Origin: Octopus sinensis
Lineage: Eukaryota
Length of the DNA stretch: 64,000 bases
NCBI RefSeq assembly: GCF_006345805.1
Contig: NC_043002.1
Span: 7,564,001 to 7,628,000 of the forward strand
Direction: 5' to 3'
In this document: positions 40,290-52,713 of the stretch, one piece after another
Layout of the letters: every line of letters begins with the position of its first letter
Position numbering within the stretch: the first letter of the stretch is position 1
Translations under genes and position numbers: made by a program
Notes under the pieces: model-generated
Told to the model about the DNA's origin: nothing
Database searches by the model: none
The model's input: the letters and a program-made list of their open reading frames with translations, nothing else

Positions 40290-40447
40290 AATTCAAATAA
40301 ACGAATGATAAAAATTAACAGACAACAAGAGAATGTATTAGTTTGACGCTCGGTAAAAAGAGCTTTTGACGTTTCGAACATAGCTCTTCGTTGGAAAGGA
40401 GAGAGGGAAATGTCTAAAGAAAAAGAAATCGACCACAGTGCGTGTTG
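40290..40447 (-). mobile_element. Element P3, degenerate relative of P1/P2 (motif 40363-40398)
   Basis: ttt CCAACGA A GAGC tat GTTC GAAAC GTC aaa. Confidence 0.55.
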
Positions 40448-40924
40448 TTGTTTGTATGTGTGTATGTATGTATGTATGTATGTATGTATGTATGTATGTA
40501 TGTATGTATGTATGTGTGTATGTATGTATGTATGTATGTATGTATGTATACATAAGTTTATTGTAACTAATCAAATGATAATTAAATAGTGTAAGGATGT
40601 ATGGATGTCGAGAGAGGAGACAACGTAATTTATCTCTTTCCCTTTCCTCCCCGTCTCCCGCCCTCTCTCCCTTCCTCACCCTCTCTCTATCTCTTTTGCT
40701 TCGTCTCTCTTCCCTCAGACTTTCTTTTCCTTGTGTCTCTTCTTTTCCTCTTTCTTATCCCTCCCTCTCTCCCTCTCCTCTCTCTCTCTCTCTCTTTCTG
40801 TCTACGTATGTAATTATGATGGAAATATTAATAAGAACATTCTCTTATAAACACCCTGAGATTTCTCCCTTCCATAAACGCAACTACATTAATAACTTGT
40901 CGTTGTTGTTAATGTTATTGATCG

Positions 40925-40956
<32 letters not shown>

Positions 40957-41337
40957 TCGACGCCGATAAAGCTGATGACAACAAAGACGACGACGACGAC
41001 GATGATGATGATGATGCTGCTGCTGCTGCTGATGATGATGATGCTGATGATGATGATGATGATGATGATGGTGATGATGATAGTGGTGGTGGTGATGTTG
41101 GTGTTGGTGTTGTTGTTGTTGGTGGTGATGGTTTAGTGAGGATGTGCAGCAGGAGAGGGAGAAAAAAAGGTAGAAAACGAAGATTAACAAGAGCAACAAG
41201 AACAACAACTAGAAATAATAAGTTAATATGTGCAGCCGTCAAATTAATTAACAGAGTAGGTTTGTTAACACTATTTCCGTTTGTTTTGATTGAATATTCT
41301 ACGCATCGCTAGCGCTGAACTTGCTTGCAGGTCTTAC

Positions 41338-41365
41338 CGCTCGACAAAGGACAGCAAAAACAGAC
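41338..41365 (-). other. Candidate 28-nt micro-exon
   Basis: cttaat branch-like motif, long pyrimidine tract ccttttctctccttcgcaccttttgtcgacag, donor GCG/gtaaga. Confidence 0.3.
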
Positions 41366-41508
41366 CTGTCGACAAAAGGTGCGAAGGAGAGAAAAGGATG
41401 ATTAAGGGGGAGGAACGAGATAGAACAGGCAAATAGACAAATAGACAGGTACACGCACACATATACATGCGTACATATATACAGGTGGATATGTATATAA
41501 ATGTGAGT

Positions 41509-41542
<34 letters not shown>

Positions 41543-41911
41543 GTTGTACAACTTTACATATGCACACACATGATTACACAAAGATATATTATCTCTCTCG
41601 CCCACCGTCTTCCTCCTTCACTCAGTCCCTCTCTCTCTCTCTCTCTCTCGCACACACATACACACACACAAACACACACACACATGTATATATGTATATA
41701 TATATATGTATATGTATATATACATACACATATATATATGTATATATATATATGTATATATATATGTATATATATGTATATATATATATGTGTGTATATA
41801 TATATATATATATGTATATGTATATATATGTATATATATATGTGTATATGTATATATATGTATATGTATATATATATGTATATGTATATATATGTATGTA
41901 TATATATATAT

Positions 41912-41947
<36 letters not shown>

Positions 41948-42805
41948 TATGTGTGTGTGTGTGTGTGTATATGTATATATATATATCCAGCCATTCCCCC
42001 AAAAGCATGCACACGTACGCACATTCCATAAATAAATAGATAAATAGACGGGACAGAGAGAAGGGAAAGACAGAGGGAGAAATATTAAGATGGTATTCAT
42101 AGAAATACTGACAAATAAAGTAGTTGCTGGGGAAATATCAGCGGTCTATTTGGAATGTTGGTTTTGTTTAGGTGATACAGAATACACACATCGCACGCAC
42201 ACACACATGTATAAATATATACATATATGCGTTTATGGTATATGTACACACACACTTATAGATGTATATGTATATGTATTCACGCCGTCATATACACCAT
42301 ACATATATGGATCGAATAAGGAGGATGGAGGTGACTATTGGACGTGACGAAAACACCAAAAAGGAAACGAGAAATGTTGCAAAACCGCGTCAAATTAAAA
42401 GTTGATTAAGTCCAATGACGAACCAGTGATGTAGGAAATTATATTATTGTTGTAGAAGAATGCTTGCTTGTAACATATTATACTATTTCAGTTCTACAGA
42501 TTCTCATTTGGTTTTCATAGCTGCTTCCTTCCTCCTAGTCTAACTGACATCTACCAAAGAAATTGATTTAGATGATGACAACGGCGATGATACACATACA
42601 TACGTGCATATAGACAAATAGATATAGATACACACTGCCACACACACACACATATCTATGTGAATCTGTATATATGTACGTGTGTCTGTGTCTATGTGTA
42701 TGTGTCGTTTATATGTAATATACGTACGTACGAATATATGTGCAGTTTATATGTAATACGTGTATATATATATTGATGCAATTCAGCGCAGTGAACAAAA
42801 TGTAC

Positions 42806-42917
42806 GTTCTCGCGTCGGTTGCCTTGTAGACAGATTCGTGTCATTCGAAGAAGGGATAGCAATGAAATAAGCAGCAGGTTAAAGCCTGGGTCCCAAAACA
42901 TGGCTGGAGTTGAAAAA
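42806..42917 (-). other. Candidate exon with ATG and signal-peptide-like MFWDPGFNLLLISLLSLLRMTRICLQGNRREN
   Basis: Strong acceptor ttttaatccttttacgggtttcag and ccagccATG context, but only a weak donor (AAC/gtacat). Confidence 0.2.
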
Positions 42918-43091
42918 CTGAAACCCGTAAAAGGATTAAAAAAAACAAAAAAATTTGCATTCCTTTAGGGATCTCACGAACAAACGCAAAAAGAAGCGTG
43001 AGATTTAGAGCAGAGATGCAATGGATTATAATACTCTTTACAAGTCCATCGTCGTATTTCGCCCGTTTGTGCTTCTATATCCACCTCTTAT

Positions 43092-43312
43092 CTTTCATCC
43101 TTTACCTGCTTCAGTCACTAAACTGTGTCCATGCTGGAGCAATACCTTGAAGAGTTTTAGTCGAACAAATTAACCCCGGGGCTTTTTTATTTTAAGCTCA
43201 GTATTTACTGTATCCGTATCTTTTGTTGACCGCTAAGTTACGGGGACGTAAACATACCATCACCGGTTGTCAAATGGTGGTGGTGGTGGTGGTGGTGGGG
43301 ACAAGCATAGGC
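43092..43312 (-). mobile_element. SINE family B, 3' half
   Basis: ccatgctggagc...ccgctaagttacggggacgtaaac. Confidence 0.7.
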
Positions 43313-43326
43313 AGAAAGACACACAT

Positions 43327-43665
43327 GTGAAAGCGCATGGCTCGGTGGTTTGCGCGACGAGCTTACGATCGTGAGGTCGTGAGTTCGATTCTCGGACCGA
43401 GCTGCGTGTTGTGTTCTTGAGCAAGACACTTTATTTCATGTTACTCCAGTTTCACTCAGCTGTAGAAATGAGTTGCGACCTCACTTTTGCCAAGCTATAT
43501 CGGCCCCTTTGCCTTTTCCTTGGATAACATCGGTGGCGTGGAGAGAGGAGACTGGTATACATGGGCGACTGCTGGTCTTCCATAAACAACCTTGCCCAGA
43601 CTTGTGCCTTGAAGGGTAACTTCATAGGTGCAATCCCATGGTCATTCATAACCGAAGGTGGTCTC
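43327..43665 (+). mobile_element. SINE family D (tRNA head, CORE-like)
   Basis: tggctcggtggtt A-box, gagttcgattc B-box, gtgttcttgagcaagacac. Confidence 0.75.
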
Positions 43666-43690
43666 AGATATCTATCTATCTATCTATCTA

Positions 43691-43740
<50 letters not shown>

Positions 43741-43788
43741 ATATATATATTATATATATCTATCTATCTATCTATATATATATAATAT

Positions 43789-43823
<35 letters not shown>

Positions 43824-43836
43824 CTATATATCTATC

Positions 43837-43870
<34 letters not shown>

Positions 43871-44135
43871 ATATATATATATTTACAGGTAAATGTTTTT
43901 TAATTTTCTCCTGTTTACGGAATTGATCTTTATTGCGGTAGAAGCTTTGGCTGTTATTTCTAGTGGTGAATGGGCTATATGGCCGTTCCTTAATTGTTAT
44001 GTTGAACTTAAAAATGGTCTATGACTATTTATTTTTTCCCACTGGGCCGCTGGTGGCAATAAAATTCTACAAATTTCCTTGCCACCATATATTGATTAAT
44101 TATATATATATATATATATATATATCTATATAATA

Positions 44136-44168
<33 letters not shown>

Positions 44169-44185
44169 TATATATATATATATAT

Positions 44186-44339
44186 ATACGACCAGCTGCT
44201 TTCTCTTTCCGACAACCAATTACATTCAAAAGTCTTTGGTCAACCCGATGCTATAGTGACACTTGCCCAAGGCGCTACGCAGTGGCACTCAACCGAAACC
44301 GTATGGCTGAGAAGCAAGTTCTTACCACACAGCCATACA
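44186..44339 (-). mobile_element. SINE family B, 5' half, degenerate
   Basis: gacacttgcccaagg...cttaccacacagcca. Confidence 0.7.
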
Positions 44340-44466
44340 CACACACACATACATATGTATGTATATTTATATATATTATATATATATATGTATATATATG
44401 TATATAATATATATATATATGGGTGCGTGCGTGCATGTGTGTATATATGTGTGTGTGTGTGTGTGT

Positions 44467-44665
44467 GTGACCGCGTGTGTATCGTTGGTGATTTTCTTTC
44501 TCCGTCTTCCTTTCTTTTGACTTTTTCTATATTTCTGATGAAGAGCTCCGCTCGAAACGTGAAATCCTCTCTCTTCTTTTTTTTTCCGAGCTTCCAATAA
44601 CACTATACTTGTTTCACGTCCTCGTGTGGTCGTTTTTTCTTGGTTGTTCTTGTTTAGATTGTCTA
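44467..44665 (+). mobile_element. Element P2 with canonical CUGAUGA hammerhead-like core (44531-44565)
   Basis: attt CTGATGA A GAGC tcc GCTC GAAAC GTG aaat. Confidence 0.78.
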
Positions 44666-44700
44666 TTATATATATATATATATATATACAGACAGACACA

Positions 44701-45565
44701 CATGAGGGTGTGCTCAAAAGAAATATTGTATTCACTTTGCATGTTTACACTCTTATCGCCTTTAAAGTATTCTCCTTTTGAAGCAATGCACTATTTGAAG
44801 CAGTGCTGGAACTCTTGTGTAGTGATGCTTTTTAAAGCGTGTGTCGTTTTCTTCTTCGCCACTTCTACATCTGCATTATCCATAGCACCAGCTTCCGTCA
44901 CAAGTGTCGACCTTCGAGAGAAGGTCCAGATCAACTTTCAACTGTTCTTTCAGTTCACGACACGCATTCAGTCGTGATTGCTTTTGATGTTGTGAGAAAG
45001 CGAGTCACAAATTTTACTGCAACTCTTTTCATTCGCAATTCCTCGTTCAAAGTTCGTTGGAAGGAGTTCCAGGACACACGAGTCATATCAACAAGTTCTT
45101 CAGTTGTTCAGTGACGGTCCTCCAAGGTCAGTTCATGAATTTTCCTGATGTTTCCGTTCGTTCGGGAAGTCGACAGTCGTCCTGGACGAGGTTGGTCTTC
45201 TACCGTTAAGTGGCCATTCCTGAACCGTGAAAACCACTCGTAAACTTGTGTTTTGTTCATGGGAGCTTCCTTGTAAGCTGTTCGAAGCATGACAACTGTT
45301 TCGGTCGCCGTTTTCCCCAGTAGAAAACAAAATTTCACGGAAACGCGCTGTTACTTCGTTTCAGCAATCGAAAAAATTGGCGAACGAGAGAGAAGCACTA
45401 CAAAACAAAGACGCACCATGTGACAGTACGACTGCAAACGACGACGCCGGTCGACAAACTGATGCCTGAGGGTTACATCAAGTGGCTTCTAGGGGCGAAA
45501 GCCTGAACTACAACGGGTTTGTCCAACTGAGAACGTTTCCGGTTACTTTTAGGTAGTCCTTCGTA
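44701..45565 (-). mobile_element. Internally deleted mariner relic
   Basis: Remnant ORFs KFCFLLGKTATETVVMLRTAY...RPGR, RVAVKFV, CDGSWCYG joined directly to the C-terminal CIASKGEYFKG. Most of the catalytic domain is missing. The right end reads ...ccttcgta; the left TIR is degraded. Confidence 0.85.
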
Positions 45566-45584
45566 TGTATGTATGTATATATAT

Positions 45585-45771
45585 AGGTTGAGTTTACGAA
45601 AAAAACAAAAGACGAATACAGGTGGTATACAAAACAAACAGATGTATTAGTATAACGCTCAGGAATAGAAAAAGTCTTTTACGTTTCGAGCCTACGCTCT
45701 TCTACAGAAAGGGACACAGAAAAAACAAGGAGAGAAAAAAATGTGTGTAGTGGCTAATGATCTATCATGGC
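45585..45771 (-). mobile_element. Element P1 (hammerhead-like motif 45676-45711)
   Basis: cttt CTGTAGA A GAGC gtag GCTC GAAAC GTA aaag. Confidence 0.8.
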
Positions 45772-46787
45772 AACTGACTTCAGACAGAAGGGTCACACAC
45801 GAGAGCGAAGTAGGGGAGACAATAAAGTAAAGATGACACCCAACACGAAGGTGCGTATGTGTATAAGAGAGTATGTATGTGCATGTGAAAGAGGGCTGGT
45901 GGTCTGGACGCGTGCGTGTATGTATGTGTAGGTGTGAAAATGTGGGGATGGGAATTGGTCAGTGCTGGTATGTGGGTGGTGTGTTGTGATATAATGTGTA
46001 ATGTTGTATGGTGTAGTGTGGTGTGGCGTGATGTTGTTGGGAGGTGGGGAGGCGAGAGTGGGGAAAGCATGGGTGGGGTGTGGATTCGACTGAGGGTTGG
46101 GGTGGAGTTGGGGTATGTATATATATACATACATACATACATACATACATACAAGCATACATACATACATACATACATACATGTGTGTGTGTCTGTGTGT
46201 GTGTAGCCATATCTGTTTCGACACACGGTTTCACATCAGGAATCTTGCGAAACAATTTTATAAACGTATATGCATGTATGCATATACAATCTCCGTCTAC
46301 CAGATTTCACTGTCAGCACTTGGTCGTCAAGAGACGGGATGGGTGTTTCAGCCGGTAGATCAGCCTCTTCCTAAATATGAATTCACTGTCCCTTAAATTT
46401 TGAAGGGGTCATCAGAGGAGTGGCAAGTAGCCTGGACACACTTTGCTGTGGGCAAGTGTGAAATAGAGTCCAAAATCATGAAGTTGTGAAGCGAACTTCT
46501 TAACCATAGAGACATGTCTATACCCTTTGAGAAGGATTTGCTTACCCTTTTTAGCAAGGTTGAACGGACCTCACAACAATGTTTTACCTGTCGTATCCGA
46601 CGGAAACCTTCGCCCTCCATTGTTTTTCTCCTAAAACCAATCCCAAACTCCACAAACATCTAAGCTTATTCTCCCATCTGCCCTTTTCCGTACCAATCTC
46701 TGACCGAACCCCATCTAATCTAGATAGGGAACGTAAGTTATTATTGCTTATGGTAAACACCTGTGAAGCTATGAACACCTTAATAAC

Positions 46788-46827
<40 letters not shown>

Positions 46828-47249
46828 TAAAAATGGATGAATAAAAAAGCAAAAAATATCAACAAACAAACAAAAGATGCACAAATATACATTCAAATCA
46901 GGCAAACACTGAAGTGGTTAAATCTTACTCTATAGACTACTTCACATTGAGTTCGAGAGGGGGAAAAGGGAGCCTTGTGGAAGACTAATATTTAAGCCAC
47001 CCCCGTCACGTAGATCACCCCCCTTGCTATTCTTATCCCTACGTTCGTCACGACTACTGCTACGAGGAGACTACTTACCTTCCAATAGCTATAACAACGG
47101 ATTAATCGCTTGTACTATTATATTAAACTATTGTCGTTATTCTTGTTTTTATTGGTCTTATTATTCAGAAATTCCAGGCCTTGTGCCTATAGTAGAAAGG
47201 ATTATCATCATCATCATCATCATCATCATCATTATTATTATTATTATCA

Positions 47250-47281
<32 letters not shown>

Positions 47282-47284
47282 TTT

Positions 47285-48230
47285 TTTTTTTTTTTCTTCT
47301 TTCAAATTTTCTTCCATTTCTTGCCGAGTGTCTTCCCGACTCCTAGGGCAAAGAAACTCATAGTGTATATTGGTAGGCCATTAAACCAAACTCAGTAGTT
47401 CGTTAATTTTTTTTTTTTTTTTTAAGTTAAATTAAAATGCATAAGCAGCAACAGTTCTCACATCGACAATGCTCTTCTCAATACGTGTGATGTACCAGTT
47501 AAGACAATCTTTTGCACTTCTTGCAGGGATGGTAAGCCAGGGATCATTCTCATATAATTTTCGGTCCCTTCTTGATCATTCCTAGTGCTCCTACGATCAC
47601 TGGTATTGTAACCGCCTTGAGATGCCACATTTTCTCAATTTCAATGAGCAGGTCTTTATATTTTCTGAGCTTGTCAAACTCTTTCGCTGAGATATTATGA
47701 TCACAGGGGATGCTCATGTCGATCAATAAGCAACTTTATTGTTTTGTCTTTCACAACAATATCTGGTTTATTGGCCTTGATGGTTCGGTCTGTATGTACT
47801 GGAAAGTCCCACAGAATGGTTACATTTTCTCCTTCAGTTACAGCCTCAGGGTGGTGATTATACCACTTGTCGGCAGTTTTGATATTGTAATGCCGACTTA
47901 TTAGCCAGTGGAGATATTGGCCAACTCTGTCATGTCTTAATTTATACTCCACTGGTGCTAAGACTTTACATCCAGAGATTAGGTGGTCCACTGTTTCAAT
48001 CATGTCGTTGCAGAATCGGCATTTTGGGTCTGCTCCATTTTTCATCACATTGGCCTGGTAGTTCCGGGTTGATAGGCTTTGGTCTTGAGCAGCCAGGATG
48101 AAACCTTCGCTCTCTGCTTTTAGCCCTGAGCTCCGCAGCCACTGATGGGTTTGCTTCTGGTCAACATCAGCTTGTTTGCTGCGGGTCACATATTTGCCGA
48201 GCAGAGGTTTCTCCTCCCACCTATCAGCCA

Positions 48231-48232
<2 letters not shown>
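47285..48232 (-). mobile_element. 5'-truncated RLE-type non-LTR retrotransposon (R4/Dong-like) in (TAA)n
   Basis: CRFC...ETVDHLISGC zinc knuckle, RHDRVG, WDFPVHTD, KPDIVVKD, then after a frameshift IDMSIP...KYKDL...IPVIVGALGMI. Flanked by TAA arrays on both sides. Confidence 0.9.
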
Positions 48233-48273
<41 letters not shown>

Positions 48274-48399
48274 TATTATTATTATTATTATCATTATTAT
48301 TATTATCCTCATCATTATTATTATTATTATCATCATCATTATTATTATTACTATTATTATTATGATTATTATTATTATCATCATCATTATTATTATTAC

Positions 48400-48451
<52 letters not shown>

Positions 48452-49164
48452 GTTATTTGTTATAAGTAGCATTGTTATTGTTATTATTCCGCTAATCTGA
48501 TTACTGGATTATTTTCCAAGAGAGACAGAGAGTAAAGGAACACGGCTTTGCTCCTTGATCGGTCCTTAACTACTTATGTCAACATGTCCAGAGCTCGGCT
48601 TCTTTTACAAACACAGAAAGTGAGACGTTTTCACAAGATATTCGATCTGCTTATTTAAGGGGACTGGAGGAGGAGGAGGTGGAGGGAGTGAAGGGACGAG
48701 TGAGAGAAGTGCCTTTTGCTTTTGAATTTCGTTCTTTCTTCACAGTTTTATATAAATATTTCTTTATTTACTTTTGCTATTCAATGGAGATTAAAAGAGA
48801 CTTTAGACGTATGTATAAAAACGACAAATAAAAAAGGGAAAAGAAAGAATACTCAAAGAATGGTCGTATAAAATGTTATAAAATACAAAAGAAAAAAATG
48901 ATGTAGGTGACGCTGACGACGGCTATGACGGCGATGGCGACGACGGGGGAGGAGGCTGACAACGTTTACAAAGATGGAACGGTGATGACTATAATTATGA
49001 CGACAGCGATGGTGATATCGACGACGAAGAGACGAGGGTGTGGAAGAAGGGCCAGGTCCATTATGAAGTAAACAGATACTTGTGCAGGAGGAATTAAATA
49101 CTCCAAGGTACTTTTTGTTCGACGCAACAATTTCATTCGGCCGACAATCGCCGATAAACGCACT

Positions 49165-49605
49165 GTATGTGTGTATGTATGTATGTATGTATGTATGTAT
49201 GTATGTATGTATGTATGTATGTATGTATGTATGTATGTATGTGTGTATGTATGTGTGTACGTGTACATGTATGTATGTATGTATGTATGTATGTATGTAC
49301 GTATGCTTGTATATATGTATGTATGGGTGTGCACGTGTGTATGTATGTATGTATGTGTATGTATGTATGTATATATGTGTATATGTATGTATGTATGTAT
49401 GTGTATATGTATGTATGTATGTATGAATGTATGTGTATATGTATGTATGTATGTATGTACGTATGCTTGTATATATGTATGTATGGGTGTGCACGTGTGT
49501 ATGTATGTATGTATGTATGTGTATATGTATGTATGTATATATGTGTATATGTGTGTATGTATGTATGTATGTATGTGTGTATGTATGTATGTATATATAT
49601 GTGTG
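49165..49605. repeat. (ATGT)n array with a higher-order duplicated block
   Basis: gtacgtatgcttgtatatatgtatgtatgggtgtgcacgtgtg occurs twice about 160 bp apart. Confidence 0.9.
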
Positions 49606-49611
49606 GAGTGT

Positions 49612-49790
49612 AAACTTCAGAAGAGACCAAGAGACCAGGATGACTCAAAAACATTTTAAAAAAAACGCTACAATCAAGAAGAAAACGAATCCCAACAACC
49701 TTTTTCTGTGCACAAATTGTGACAGACCATTCCTTCCTTATGCTGGACTCCTTAGCAAACTCATGAAACTACTCTTCCTATCTATCTGTG
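49612..49790 (+). mobile_element. RTE-clade LINE C-terminal fragment
   Basis: FLCTNCDRPFLPYAGLLS resembles the terminal C2H2-like motif of RTE/BovB ORFs. Confidence 0.5.
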
Positions 49791-50246
49791 CATACCTTAA
49801 CTGCCATTAACTCCCAATTCTATTCTGATCCGGGACGGAAGTACCTGCCTGGCTCCCATCTATACGTTAAACAGATTTCCCAAGGGTAGAGGATGTTTCC
49901 ATTATTTTTTGACAAAGCCGTGGGGAAGATAAATCTTCTAAAAAAAAAACACTCCGGCATAAAACTTGCAGTCAAGGCATAACTACAGATTTCTGCGCCC
50001 CCGACTTTGGATGATGATAACTTTCAGAAAAATGGATATTTTTAATGAAATTTTCTACGAATATGTGTTATATCATGTAAATTCCGAATAGACAAACTCA
50101 TGGGGTAGGGTTAGAATCTTAGGACGGGTGAATTGGGGTATTTCGGAAAATTCACCCGTGTCCACTTCAATTCGTCTTAACTTTCAAGAAAAGGCATATC
50201 TTTTCACGAAATTCTCAACAAATATACCGAGGACTACGTAGATTCC

Positions 50247-50825
50247 GAGGACATGGGAATTTTTTTTGGGGGGGGGACAATTGGGGGTTATTTTTGAAAA
50301 CTGCTCCCCACTCGGGGATGTTTCGGAACAAGTCGTCCTTATTTGTTTCGATTTGTGCGTTTGTGCATCCGTAGATTTCTACTGAAGCAACAAACAGCAA
50401 ATAAGGAAAATGAAGCCTCATCAGAAAACTCGTTATGCTTAAAGTAACAGCTAAAGCTCTAGTACATAGAAATATGTTATTAAGACGACTTATCTGTTGC
50501 ATAAGAATTTTTTTTCACTTTAAATAAATTCCCAGGTAAAAGTTTCTAAAAGAAAGGCAGAAGACACCAGCAGCAAAAATGCACACACTGTTGAATATAC
50601 AAGTGTAAAGTATATAATTTGTTACATAATCTCTATAATAAACATGATGTTGAATGGAATAAATTTGCCGTTTGAACTTTTTTAATTACACATATATGTG
50701 TGTGTTTGCGCGCGAGCGTGTGGTAGAAATCTACGGATGCACGAACGCACAAAACGAGTGGTGAACGGTTCTCAAAAATAACTCCCCCCCCCCCAATTGT
50801 TTTCCTCACAAATTCCTATGTCCTC
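50247..50825. repeat. Inverted repeat, ~100-bp arms around a ~340-bp spacer
   Basis: 50247-50382 vs 50723-50825; the left arm has a ~35-bp extra segment. Confidence 0.7.
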
Positions 50826-51215
50826 TACAAAAGACAGACAAAAAACACTACCTAGTAATATCAAAATGTTTAACAAGTGTTGAAACAGGGAATAAAAGCA
50901 TTTACTTGGGCGAGGAGGTTTTAGTTAGGAATGCGGTCCAGAATATACCAGTGCCTAGTGGTTGTACCGTCCCAGATATGTGAGCTTATTTGTAGACGTA
51001 ATTCTTAGAGCAGTGAACTCCATAAAATTGGGATATCCCTAACAAGAATGAAAGATTTGGTACGTTGTTCGATCGGTGAATTTCAAACATGACGAAGCTG
51101 GAAGTTGATCTCGATTTCGATTATTGCATGTACACAGTCACTTCCCACCCGTATCTTGCATTGTCTCGTGGCCAAAACATTAATATATTATTATGCAAAT
51201 AACCCTTTCTATTAT

Positions 51216-51858
51216 AGGCACAGGGCCTGAAATTTTGGAGGAGGCGGCTAGTTGATTACTTCGACTCCAGTGCTCAGTTGGTACTTATTTCATTAACTCC
51301 AAAAGGTTGAAAGGCAAAGTCGACCTCAGCGGAATTTGAACTCCGAACGTAGCGACAGACGAAATGCCGCAATACATTGTGTGCAGCGTGCTGTCGATTC
51401 TTCCACCTCACCGAACTTTATCATTTTGCAAACAATGATTTCAAATTTTGGCAGAAGGGGAAGGGGAAGCCGATATCGTTGACCCCAGTGCTCTACTGGT
51501 ACTTATTCTATCTACTCCGAGAGGATGAAAGGCAAAGTCGACCTTGATAGCACATGAACACAGAACGTAAAGCCGGAAGACATGCCGCAAAGCATTTTGT
51601 CCGGAGTCATAACAATTCTGCAAATTTGCGCCTTTTATTTTACAAATAATGCTTTCTTCTACAGGCACAAGGCCTGGAATTTTATGGGAATGGGCTAGTT
51701 GATTACATCAACCCCATTTCTCACTTTGTACGTATTTAATCGACCCTGAAAGGATGAAAAGTGAAAGCCGACCTCGGCAGAATTTGAACTCAGAAGGTAA
51801 AGACATATGGAATGTCGTTATTTTGTCCGGCGTGCTAACGATTCTGCCATCTCGCCTT
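51216..51858 (-). mobile_element. Three adjacent short-tail family-A SINE copies
   Basis: Repeated ggcacaaggcc...gtaccagtacttatt...gatgaaaggcaaagtcgacct units at ~51216, 51441 and 51661. Confidence 0.8.
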
Positions 51859-51879
51859 ATTATTATTGTTGTTGTTATT

Positions 51880-51965
<86 letters not shown>

Positions 51966-52420
51966 GAGCTGTGCATGCCATCAAAGTGACACTGGGGTGA
52001 AATATACGAAGCCCAGTATACTCATCATGACTACCCATCTGATACGGGTACACCAGGCACATGCATCACAACCATATGTGCGCAACATGGTGATCTCATA
52101 TCGAGATTAACAGCGCATGACCTAGCAGGTGGGGCCCAGTTAGAATTTTCTTCTGGCCGAGTAGCCCATCCCGCTCAAAAGGTCCCTGAATAAGGGTCGT
52201 CTAAGTATGTTGAACGAAACACCCATGTTTCCAAAGGTGAATTATTCAAACTCCAAAGAATCCCTCTCAACACATGGCTATGATGCTCACCCACTACTTC
52301 TGCTCGTGGTCAGAGATGCACATATCGTCAGCCACTAAGGGACATGCTCAACTGGTTAAGGTCAAACAACTAACAAGCAAATCTGTGGTACTGAGCAGAA
52401 TATTTGTTGTAGCCCATCTT
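51966..52420 (-). mobile_element. Family E repeat
   Basis: Flanked by TTA arrays. Confidence 0.75.
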
Positions 52421-52675
52421 ACTATTATTATTCTCTACTCCCCTTTTGACCAGGCTCCCGTGGCTTTTATGGGTTTTTCCATGAGTAACATTTCGAAGCG
52501 CCTCCCCCTATTGAGAGTTTTAATTGTTACTTATATTTCGTTGTTATCCTGCTTTTGTACACGGACTTTTTTTCAAACGGACAAAACCCTTTGTAACTTT
52601 CGTCCTGTGTTTTATCCCTTTATATTTAAACTGATTTTTGTTAGCCCTTGTGACCAATAAACGAATTAATGATTA

Positions 52676-52710
<35 letters not shown>

Positions 52711-52713
<3 letters not shown>

